Assembly (NCBI GenBank): GCA_023920165.1 | Contig: CP089275.1 | Coordinates: forward strand, 992,001 to 1,056,000 | DNA from: Curvularia clavata | Lineage: Eukaryota | DNA: 64,000 bases | Direction: 5' to 3' | Shown: positions 34,811 through 46,800 of the stretch, piece by piece | Numbering within the stretch: the first letter of the stretch is position 1 | How the letters are laid out: each line of letters starts with the position of its first letter | Notes under the pieces: generated by a model | The model's input: only the letters and a program-made list of their open reading frames with translations | Told to the model about the DNA's origin: nothing | Database searches by the model: none | Program-made: the position numbers and the translations under genes

Positions 34811-37800
34811 TTAACAAACAATGTCAAGACCGTCATCCACATCCTCTCTCATGGCCACCTCCTCATATAAGCTCTTGAACCAGCTGCCCTGGCGCTCCAA
34901 CAGCTTGTGTGGACGCCCATATTCGACAAGCTGGCCCTTGTTCATGACGACGACCTTGTCGAAGTCAAGTATAGTGTCCAGTTTGTGGGCGACTGAAATG
35001 AGGGTGTGGTGAGGGAAGGTAGAGCGAAGGAGGCGTTGGACATGAGCGTCCGTTGCTGCGTCAAGGCTAGGAGCGTACTGTTAGCAACTCGTGCGTTTTA
35101 GAAAGGGGATGGAATAAGACGTACTTGCTAGTGGCTTCATCCATAATCACCACGCTTGCTTTGTCCTTTCTCAGCATAGCGCGGGCCAAGCAGAACAACT
35201 GACGCTGACCGTGGGAGAAGTGCAGGTCGTCGACTTCGACGTCTAGTGGATGAGCATACTTCTCAACATCTCCCTTGGCCACGATAATGTCCCACAGCTG
35301 GACGTCCTTCATCACGGCCATGATAGCCTTGTCATTTGATTCGCCTAGAGGATCAGCGTTGAGTCGAATGGAACCAGGGAGCAGGTATGCGTCTTGTGGA
35401 AGGCCGATGAGCCGACTGCGGATGGTCTGGCGCGGGATCTCAGTGAGGGGTAGTGAGTCGATAGTGATGCTGCCGGAAGAAAGCTCAATCATGCGGAAGA
35501 GAGAGAGGACCAATGATGATTTGCCGCTGCCGGTTCGGCCAACGATTGCTACCTTCTCACCAGGCTTGATCGAAAGAGAGAAGTCTGAGATTACAGGTTC
35601 GCCAGGACTACATTATTAGCCTACGCTTCTGTAATAGAAAGAGGGAACTTACCGGTGGCATGCTTCGACGTTGTTGAATTCGATCTTACCGGAACTGGGC
35701 CAGTTGGGTGGGGGAACCCGATCCTCGCCCTCCTTATCCTCTGTGATGGCGTCGGTGGTGAAGCTCTTGACCCTGGCTACACTACCAATATGCGTTTCCA
35801 GTTGTGTCCAGAATGAGATCAGTAGCTTAATACTCTGAGAAAAGAGTACAACATTGAGAAGGGCAACGCCCACATACCCAGCGCTGAGCTTTCCTTTCAA
35901 TGTTACGACAAGAACAATGAGAATAGTTGCTACTCCCGCGACCACGAGATCCAGAACAAGAGTCAGCCAACGTTGAATCGCGAAGAGCAGGTAGAAAGGC
36001 CGTTGGCTACGGTCAAGTAAAGTCTTGGCCTTCTTCTCGACATACTCCTGCCATCCGAACGCGCGAATAGTTGGGAGCCCCTCGAGGATCTCGCTGAATT
36101 GGGTGTAGAGCGGAGACTTCGCTTCCAAATCGAGGAAACGAAGCTGGCGAGATGTGCGGAGGTAGAATTTCTGAATGAAGTAGACGCTTATGGCTACAAC
36201 TGGAAAAGCGATAGTGGCATAAGGGGCTGCCACGGCGATAAGGGCCATTTGGCCGACACAAAGAACGAATGTAGCAAAAGTATTCAATGCGGCAAGCGGC
36301 AGTTCCATGTCAATCAACATGAGATCTTGGCTGAAGCGGTTGAGCGTGACACCTGAATCAGTAGTAGAGAAGAATGACATGGGCGAGCTATGATCCGTTA
36401 GCCTATTGCGGTATTTATTTTAGAACATTGAACTTACCCAAGCACTGTGTCCAAGAGTTTCTTGTGGAACGCAACACCGGAACGGGGAACCATAGTGATA
36501 ATGAGCTGCCAGCAACTGACGATGAGGAAGATCATAGCCAGGCCACCGAACGTAGCATAGATACCCAGCCAGTATCCCAGACGCTGATTAGGATGTTCTT
36601 GGTTGTATTCAGCCCACATCTTAACCCAAACTGTAGGGAAAGAGATTCCAAAAATGAAGACTATGATCGAAAAGATGAACACCATAGTTGGTGCCCAGCC
36701 CACTGAGCCAATATAGTAGAAGTAGATGGCGGTATCTCCAGTGCGACGGTTGGTCTCGGCTTGGATTTCCTCTTCAGTGAGTTTGGTATTGTCAACCTGA
36801 CGCTCGGTATATCTGGGTGGAGCTTCGTAGGTATGCTTCTCTGGGGCAAAGTTCCAGTCTGGCTTTGGAAGATTGAAGCCTGATACATAACCGCCAGACT
36901 TATTCAGCTTGTCAAAAGATCCTTGTTCAGAAATCTTTCCGTCTTGGCTGAGAGAAACAACGTGATCGCAGTAAGGCAAGCGTTTTTCTAGAGAGGGTGT
37001 TAATGAGAAGATGTTTCGTGTAAGGGAAAGATAATCACAAACCGGATGATGAAGAGATTAGAACAGTCGTCCTACAACGCCTCAGTAGCCCTTTTCTGCC
37101 AAAAAGACTGTGGAAGATACGGTTCTCTGTCTGCCCGTCAAGACCGCTAAGACAATCATCAAGGATAATAATATCCTTTTGTGCATATACCGCTCTTGCA
37201 AGTGCCTATCCGGTCAAAGAGTCAGTGCAGCTCTAACATGAACGTGGGGGAAAAGTGGGGGGAATCTCACAATGCGCTGGCTTTGACCGCCACTTAGTGC
37301 GATACCCTTGCTGCCGATCTGCGTCTGGTCGCCCTGGGGCAGTTGTCCAAGGTCCTCATCCAAAGCACAGGCCCGGACAACCGACGAATACCAACGCTGG
37401 TCAAAATCTGATATACCGATGATACTTTCCTGCACAGTTCCATTCGTTTGCCACGAAGTTTGGTCACATAATGCGATGCGCAGGGAGGACACCTGCAGGG
37501 AGCCACCCATGACCGGCAATTCTCCTAGCACTGCTTTGAGCAGGGTAGATTTGCCACAGCCTACAGGTCCCACAACCATGGTAATCTTGCCTCGTGGAAC
37601 AATCATGTCGATTTGCTGCAAGATGCCGTCAGGCTGCTTCTCCGCGTCCCACCCAAAATAGCCACCTTCTATGACGATAGCTTGAGAAGTGTTGCACTCT
37701 TTGACTTCGACAGAAAAACGGCTCTTTTGGGAGACAATGGAGCTCTTCTCAGACACACTGCCACTTTCTGGAAGCCACGTGACACTACCTGCGTGCGTAC

Positions 37801-39825
37801 CTGTAAACCTGCGGCTGTCCGTTCGCGGAGCCTGTGCAATGAACTCTTGAATTCGCTGAAACGACCCAACGCCACCCATGAGCGACGAGAGTGCCATAAT
37901 CATCGAACCAAGGGGTTCAGTGAGCAAGGTGAACAAGGAGAGAGAGGTAAAGACAGTAGCGGTATCAAGTGCGCTTTTGCCGTCGCTGTTTCGTGCAATG
38001 ACGGAGAAAACCGCGAATGCTAGGATTGGTGATGCGATGGGCGAGATGTACGCTATCTGGGGTTAGTGTGTGACGGAAGTGATGCAGTAGCGGTTATCTT
38101 ACTGAAACCCATGGTCCAAATCAGCAGCTTACGAAATTTCTTCGAGATGTTGAGCTCGTCAATTCTCAGCTTGTGCAGATCTTCGCGCAGTACTTCTGTT
38201 AGGCCACCCATCTTCACTCCCTTCATGGAGCTAAGCATGGCGCTCGTGGCAGCTATGCGCCGCTCGATGCCCTCGAGCCAAAGTGCTTGTCGCTGCATCA
38301 CCATGCTGGTGGCAGCTATGGAACCGAGCAAGGAAAGGACTGCGATACCAATAGGAATAGCGCATGCCGCGCCCAACTGTCGCTGAAGCAGGTACATCGC
38401 AAGAGCAATTTCTAGTGCATTGGACCAGATCTAGAGGGAAAGAAGATGTTAGTGGATTTTGTGCAAAGTAGATGATATCCCAAATATAGTTACCTCATGA
38501 CTAGTTTCCATTCCGGTCACAATACGTTCAACATCTGCACTCATTAGTGTGATGGAAGAAGCGGTGTCAACATTAGTCAATGCGACTTCGGTGGCTTTGT
38601 TGTATAGCATTGAAATCAGTCCACCTCGCATCTGTGTGATGAAGCGAAACGTCAAATGCATATACTGGCCTGTAGAGACCTGAATGTAATGTCAGTCAAA
38701 ATCCGATGCACCATGGTCTGCTTGGGCGACGAACCGCAATACCAACAAACACAATGACATATGCTCCAATCAGTCCGTAACCAATATTTTTGGCTTGAGG
38801 ATTTTGAGCCTCTTGGGAAAACTTCACAGCCCTGTTGATGAGGAATGGCTGACAAAAGTTGAAGCCAATCAGACAAAGCCGAGGTGGGACGACTGCCAAG
38901 ATAGACCACTTCAACCTTCCCACAGTTGTCGTAAACAGAGCATTCGGGGTAGGATTTGACACTGCAACAGCACCGATGGTTAATAGGCTGATCAAAGTCA
39001 TCAGCTTGAATTTGGACTTACCTCGCGCCCATGCGGAACCGAGCACATGATGTACGTAGTCTGCACGGAGATATTTATCCAACTGAAAGAGATCATCCAC
39101 AGTCAAAGCCTTAGAAAACCCTTTCCTGAAAAGCTCATTGAGCCACCAGAATGAAGCGCGCTTGTAGATGCCACTTGTGGCCTCTGGGGGGCAATCGGCA
39201 TACTCTGGAAGTAGATGCTTCCGTTTGTCCCGACACTCGACTATAGCCAAAAACAACTTGACGGCAAGCCGAGTAGCGAACACGGCAGCCACAAGGCTTA
39301 GATTAGGGCCCAAAGCATAACTACGCGATCTTTCCAGGTCGAAAAAAAAGCTGAAGAAAAGGTATATGTTGAGCAGAAGCGAGGGTCGGATAGAACGCAT
39401 ATGTTCCACGTAAGAGAAGAAGCCTAGCAGTGAGGCACCGACGAAGTTGACAGCCGCAGAAGGTATCTCAACTGGGCTCAAAGATACATTCCGGTTTGTC
39501 CAAAGGACGAGAAGGGCTAGCTCGAAGCCGGCGAAGATGGCCCATCCTATCTGTCATGCCCAGGTTAGCCATGATCATGCTGCGTAAACATAAGACATAC
39601 TAGCTTTGTGTAGAGTAATGTTGACCTTGTAACCTTGGTCTTTCTTCGCCAGAGATAGACGGCTCTGAATGGGACGATAGAGATGATGATGGACAAAGGT
39701 ACAATGGAAAGAAAGATCTCAGAGAAGAGCAGAGTGAAATCGAAACCTCCACGACAGTTAGGCCCAGCATAGGGACCAAAAGTGTCGTCCACTGAGGTGC
39801 AGTTCACATCTCGTCTCGACGCCAT
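34811..39825 (-). CDS. ABCC/MRP-type ABC exporter (TMD0-TMD1-NBD1-TMD2-NBD2); 11 exons (introns 39551-39600, 38962-39021, 38680-38734, 38431-38493, 38053-38102, 37206-37270, 36988-37042, 36388-36437, 35608-35652, 35067-35124)
   Basis: N-terminal DDTFGP...CRGGFDFTLLF motif of fungal ABCC proteins. NBD1 has GPVGCGKS, LSGGQ and IIILDD. TMD2 has FYLRTSRQLRFLDLEAKSPLY. NBD2 has GRTGSGKS, FSHGQRQLFCLARA, VIMDEATS and ISVAHKL. All ten introns have GT..AG ends and keep the frame. Confidence 0.95.
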
Positions 39826-42800
39826 GGCGAGTGTGAATGGACTGGCTGGAGTCGCTCAGTTACCACAAAGATGCATCAAGCAAAGTATGTAGGAAAGAAT
39901 GGGACGTGGGGATTGATAATCTAACGCCCCCCTTATGCTTCAAGGAGTTCTCGCCGATACGATGATCGAGGGAGCCGGTGGCAGAATGGTGCTTTCCTTG
40001 TTTACCTTCTCAGTGGCGCCTATGTGTCTGCACACCAGCACAGGAGGCTTGGACTTCACAGTAGTGTGTGCATGCGGCCCTACAAGCCCAAAGCTCTGCA
40101 ATGCCACAACATCAGTGTTCCACTGGCGCACAGACGCCACAGTTCGCATTTACGAGACAGCCGGTAGGTCTTACATGGTTCCAGTATGTCTAGAATGTCT
40201 CCGTATTTCCGTGTTGATAGCAAAGGATCAGCACAACTCACGGTGATCGACTCTGTACAGTACAAAGGCGGATACGATGTAAGACCCACAGAGAAATTAC
40301 GCGGAGCTGCTATGTTCCCTTTGGTAGACGTAGGCATGAACGGGCCTTTCGAAACCTGGTCTCGGGCCTATGCATGCTTGTTGCATCGGTTGGTAAGACA
40401 TAGAAATTTGACAAGGAACGTGCATGGGCATTCGCATCTGGTTTAGCCGTGTCTTTTGTCCGAGTTTGTGGTAGGGATCGGCGCCACCCCATCGCCCTGC
40501 GTTCCAACATTTGTTAATAGCGGCCCGGGAAGGGGATCCTCAACCTTAATTGCGGGACTACACTGTGACCTTGGCAAGCTGTGGTGGGCGCTTACGGCTT
40601 GTGGCTGTTCGACCACTGCCGTTCGAATGACGATCATGCTCAGTCCGTATAGACATCTAGGCAGGTCGACAGACTTGCCTGTTCCCGTTGGCGTGTACGC
40701 ATGTTGATATCGTTCGTAGGAGAGACTCGAGCCAAGCAATCCGCGTTTGTCTATTACCGAGACCAGGCTAAACATAGCGCCATACCGTCAAAATCAATCA
40801 AAACAATGCTGGAGGCGCTTCTTCGGCCTAAAGTGTACCTGGATGACAATTGCTAATGTGACCACGCGAATGTCAACGGCGAGTATGTGGACGAGAATGT
40901 GCTCGAGGACTTTGATGGATCCTTCGCCTGGACAAGGAAGAAAATTCGCTTTCCCCGGTCTCAACACTACTCATGCTGTACCACCACAGCTAGCTTGAGA
41001 TCCTGAGTAATGGTATAGCCCATGTTTACCTGACCACGTGTCCCGCAAATGTGATTGTTAAAATTTTTTTCCTCAGTCCGTTGGACACTGCATCGGGATC
41101 TGCAATCCCATACATCCACAACAGGACCTGACCTGCAGATCGAAATGCTGATGAGACGACAAGAAGGTGTTAGCGTACGTTTGGTACCAGGATTGAGACG
41201 GCTCAATTTAGAAAATAGCCTAATTCTGGTGTTGTTGGTGCGTGTATGTTTGGAGTGGTAGAAGAAACGCGTTAGTGCTACAAATGTTTTTCTTCTAGAA
41301 GCTTGTTATGTTTGACAACACTTGGAGCTGTTTCAGACGACACAACAAACCAAACGTCGAGCACAGAAAGGGCCAGGGGAAATGACCATTGCACACTGGA
41401 GCCAGTCATCAACAGAATGCCCGAGGCTGTGAAAGGCAAGGGGTTGGGAAGCCGGTGAGCATCGGGCCAAGAAATCTTGTGTGCATTCGAGACCCACAGA
41501 ATTGAGCTGAGTGATTCCAACACAAACTTCGCAGACCGAGAAGACTCTTTGCTGGAGACTTGGTCATGGGCTTGCAATGTGGCCCCGTGTGTAGCAGTGA
41601 TTAATGCAATGACGATCGTAGCAACTTCGATTCATGTGCGGGACAGGTCGGCCACTCCGGGCAGATGGTCCATGATGTCGTGATTAATTTGACTTTGCTG
41701 CCATTGTGCGTATGAGGAGTGTGGCTTGCGTAGCCCGTATGGGTAATGTCAACAGGCTGGGGCTCCTGCAGGCAAATTCTTAGGTGCTTGAAAGGGCCGC
41801 CAGGTCCAAAATCATGCACTGATTCGGCGACCACGCCTTCCAGATTTGACAGCCCAGGCTTGAGACACCTGGTTAGCGGGGCGAAGGATGGGCAACCATG
41901 TTGGGGCGAGATCCAGAATCGATTCACGGAAGCCGGAGCAAGACACAGGCGATACGTCAGCGGTTCTAGGCGTCACGTTATTTTGAGCCCACCATGCCGA
42001 GAGAGCTGGAACTTTTGCGTGACCTGTGCTGACAGTCCACAGCAGACACGAGGAAGGGGGGTCGCAGAGAGACGGGCGCTTAGACTACGGACCGGGGTGG
42101 AGAAGACTAGGAGCAAACAGGCGGCCGGGTCTCTGGGACGCAGCGGATGGAGCCGGCAGATGGTCTGCACTCTATTTCCGTTGCCATGAAGACAGGGGAA
42201 TGAGGGTGACTGGGCAGGCTAGTGGGAGGTGGAGCCCTGAGGGTGCCGTAGCCGTTTTGTGGGCACTAGGGCGAAAATAGGTGTAGCCGTGTCCCCCTCT
42301 CCACCGGACAGCGAAGCCGTTCCCTGTCAAAGCCGTAGGGGCGCTGGTAGCGGGAAGGGAGCATGTAGCCTGTGGGTTCGGGGCACCATTGTGCAGCGGT
42401 ACGAGCAGATGAGCAAAGTGGCGTGCGAGGACGCCACGGAGAAAGCCCTCCGCGAGCGTGAGCGGAAGCGGCTGCGGCAGTGTGAGCGGGGTACGATGGA
42501 GCAGCCCCAGTGTCGCGACATGGCGGACAATGGCGGACAAGGGCGACTGGCTGGCGGGCGGCTGGCTGGCTGGCAGGCAGATGAAATGGCCCCCAAGGCT
42601 CGTTCCCGCATGCGCATCGTCGACTGTGGAGAAGCAATATGATGGACACCATCCCAGTCGATACTAGCAGGCATATGACAATCGCATCTGTCGATCTTCT
42701 CGTGATCTGGGCCAGGCGTTGGTCTATTCCGGCGACGCGACACGACAGATCCCTTACCTGAGCGTCTTGTTGTTTTTCCTGCGCCTTGGCACGCTAGGCC

Positions 42801-43851
42801 CAAAGTGATACACCAGTGACGCGCCTGCAAACCTCACCTTCTCTCCTTTGCCTCTCTTCCCCACCGCCAACACCATCTCTCATCTCCAGCATGTCGCAAT
42901 ACATGAGCGCCACAATATGGATGAAATCCGTCCTCTCAGATTGCCGTAGTGCCTCCGTTGCCGGCATGATGCCGACTTCCTGCCTCTGCATCCAGCCGGC
43001 ATCGCGCCCGTGGCGTCCCTGCTGCTCGACCAGTTGGTAGCCTTTTGCTTTTCTGTGTTGGGAGATTGGCCCCCGGACCACCCTACACTTGGTGCACTAT
43101 GTTTCCCCAGAAGGAATGTCCATGACTTACCACGAGATAATCCAACGACCGATACCGCAATGCTGCTCTCGCTACCACCTGTGCTGTCGATCTCCTAAAC
43201 CCTACATGTCCTTGACCGCCAGAGGGTCCTTGCTGCCCGTCTGCCTGCAAGTACCGGTTGTTTGCCCTCGCATCCCATGCTTCACAAGCGTGTGTGTGTG
43301 GCTGATGATAGACAAAGTACACAGCAGTCGTTCCATCCCAGTCGTGCAGGCTGGGACGTGGCGGCTCAGGAGTCACAAGCTCCGTGTACGTCGCACCACT
43401 CGTTTAGCCTTTTCGAGACAAAATAGCAAGCTCTAAAAAGCGCTGCTCCAACTGGGCGTCCTGCCTCAGGCTATCGCATAATTCCCGTCTCTGACCTTTC
43501 GACGTGAATGATTCTAGTTCCTGCTCATTGTTTCTTGGACTGCCTTGTTCGCCCTTCAGACCACGCCTGCACCCTGCCTGCCCCTCCACTGACCCCTCAT
43601 CTCATCTCTTCTGGTAAGGAACTGTAAATTCGAGATTTTGCTAACCTACAGCATTGCCACATACTATACCACTGGCCTTGGTACGTTCATTCTCCTCCTA
43701 GCAACTGTCGTGTTGAGCGGTCCCAAATGCGATTCGTGCAAAGTTTTCCTCAGTCCGGTTCCCCGCGCTTTTGTTTGCTTCTCTTCAGTCTTGAAGTTAT
43801 TGTTCAACGTAACTCATTGCGTTGCAGGCATTCCATAATCACATCTCGCAA

Positions 43852-46800
43852 ATGGCGTCTAATCACAACCACCAAATGGAGCAATGCCTCCAATCAATTT
43901 GGGCTCATGTCCTCAACTTACCTCACGTACCCCTCGACCAGTCATTTCTATCCTTGGGTGGAGACTCCATCTCTGCGATGCAAGTAGTTGGCCAATGCCG
44001 CAAGGATGGGTTGAGTCTTGGCGTTCAAGAGGTTCTTCGAAGTCGATCCATCACTCAGTTGGCGACTGCAGTAAAAGAAGTAGAGAGCTCTTCATACGAT
44101 CACGAGGAATATTTTGATGAGGAATTCAACCTTTCGCCTATCCAGTCTCTCTACTTCCAACGACCCAACACGGACGGCCATTTTAACCAATCCTTTTATC
44201 TCCGAGTCGCTCGAAAAACCAGTGCAAACGAGTTTCATGCCGCGGTCAATCAGATCGTCACACGTCATTCGATGTTGCGTGCGCGATTCTCCTACTCAGA
44301 GGAACGTGGATGGCAACAGCGTCTCACAAGTAAGATACCCCACGTGACCTCACTTTATTCAAAGCATTCGCCTAGCTCTGCGTTTTATCTATCCTATGTT
44401 CTAGTGCGCAATACTGACCACTATTCAGACGATGTTGAAGGATCTTATCGCTTTCGCCATTCCTCTGTAACTACTCAAGCCACAATTGACGCCTCAATTG
44501 AGGACACACAGCAATGTCTCAATTTTGCCACAGGACCCCTCTTTGCTGCCGACTTCTTCGATTACGGAACTCAGCAATTCGCATTTCTTACTGGCCACCA
44601 TCTAGTTGTTGACCTAGTCACATGGCGACTTTTGTTGGAGGAACTAGAGGAGATATTGAAGGGTGGACAGCTGTTGGCGCCAGCACTTCCGTTCCAGAAA
44701 TGGGCGGAACTCCAACAAGAGCACGCTGAGTCTTTGGAGCTCAGCGATGTGCTTCCAGAAGTAAACGTTCCTCCCATGGATTTTACATACTGGGGAATCC
44801 AACATCAGGATAACACCTATGGCAATGCAAGTCATGCCAGCTTTGAGCTTGACAACGAGCTCAGCTCAGCATTTCTCACCACGTGCCACAATGCTTACAA
44901 GACGGAGCCGGTTGAAGTCTTGCTCGCATCTCTAATACAGTCTTGGTCTCAAGTGTTTACCGACAGACCAATTCCTGCGATATTCAACGAAGGTCATGGT
45001 CGCGAGCCATGGGACTCAACTATCGATATCACCCGTACCGTAGGGTGGTTTACTGCGCTGTCACCCATCCTCGTGACGCCATCTGTAAAATCTACAGACA
45101 CCGTTCGAAAGACAAAGGACTTCAAACGCCGCATTCCGGGGAATGGCCGGCCATACTTTGCTCGACGATGTCTCACACCAGATGGCCGTGAAACCTTCAA
45201 GTCACATTGGCCAATGGAAATATTGTTCAATTATCTTGGCCAATATCAGGTATGTTGACATTTAACTCGGCAGCTGCGAGCTTTTTACTGATACGTTTTC
45301 TAGCAACTAGAGAGGGCGGACGCCCTTCTTCAGCCCTTGGGTACTATGGCAGGTGAGACTGGCAAGGCCGGTGGAACTTCCGACTTTGGACACAGCACTT
45401 GCAGATGGGGTCTTTTCGAGATCTCTGCTTTTGTGTTCAAAGGCCGTCTCAAAGTCGCCTTTACATTCAATCGGGACATGCTTCATCAGGCAAACATCTT
45501 GCGATGGGTCTCCGAGTGCGAGGCCACCATCTCGAATATGATACGCGGGCTGAATGCATTGGATCCAAAGCCAACTCTCAGCGACTTTCCCTTATTGTCC
45601 CTGACAGAGGCTAGTTTCAACTCCATCCTGGACCGGCTGTCAGCTATGGGTATTCCCGACGCCAACATCGAGGATATTTATCCCTGTTCCAGTATGCAAG
45701 AGGGCTTATTACTGTCGCAGACCAAGAATGCTGGGTATTATGCTGCAGCTACACTCCACGAGGTCATAGCGCCAGCGTCTGGAATGTCTTTTGAGGCTAT
45801 TGCCAAAGCTTGGTTGCAAGTTGTGAAGCGGCATCCAGCGCTACGGACTATCTTTGCCGAGAATGTGGGCGCCAAGGGCCTCTACAACCAGATTGTTCTC
45901 AAGGAAATCGAAGCCAATATCATTCGCCTTGAGGCAGCTGACGAAAATGATGCCATCAAGCTCATTGAGCAACAGCGATCCGTTTCTTACAACCACGGTC
46001 AATGCCCAAACCATCGATTCACAATCTGTACCACAGTTGAAGGAAGATTCTATTGCTCCCTAGACATCAGCCACGCGATTATGGATGGGCATTCCATGAG
46101 TTTGATCGCTAGCGAGCTGAGAGACGCATGCAACGGGCAATTGACACTCGACTGCACTCCGCTCAGCGCGTACGTCGCATGGCTTGCCCGTCAGCCAGCG
46201 GAAGCCAGTCTTGACTTTTGGAAGTCATATCTACATGGCTGTGAGATTTCCTCATTTCCTGTCCTTGACGACGGCCTGGGTCAGCTCCGCGAAAAAGAGC
46301 TAGTAACCATCCGTATGGACCTGACCAGTATCAGCTTGACTGACTTTCAGCATTTCTGCAACGCCAATGGAATTACATTGTCAAACGTATTTCATACTGC
46401 ATGGGCAATTACTCTTAGTTGCTATATTGGCAGTCAGGACGTCACTTTCGGATATCTTACGTCTGCACGTGATTCCGACGAGATCGAAGACGTCCAAAGC
46501 ATCCTTGGACCTTTGATCAATACGCTCGTCTGCCGGGTCAACCTCTCCGATGGGTCGCGTTGCCTTCTCGATGTACTGCAGGATGTACAGAGAGATTACA
46601 TGGAGGCTCTTCCACATCGACATACAGCCTTGGCTGACATTCAGCATGCTCTTGAGCTATCGGGTGCCAGTTTGTTTAACACTGCATTGTCCTACCGTCG
46701 CTTGCCTCAAGAGCAAGTAGTTGACGAAATGGGTGTTCGCTTGCGAGAAGTTCGCCCAATCTATGACCCTACCGAGTAAGTCGCAGGACTCAAAGTACCA

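Noticed and set aside
39935..41000. Short ORFs examined as a possible remnant of the missing first A domain
   Set aside because: No A-domain core motifs (TSGxTGxPKG, YGPTE, TGD) are visible in the listed frames; an HMM search would be needed to exclude a highly decayed relic.
42259..42830. Several overlapping 120-170 aa ORFs on both strands upstream of the NRPS
   Set aside because: GC-rich low-complexity sequence keeps frames open; no domain, NRPS motif or splice-supported structure was found.
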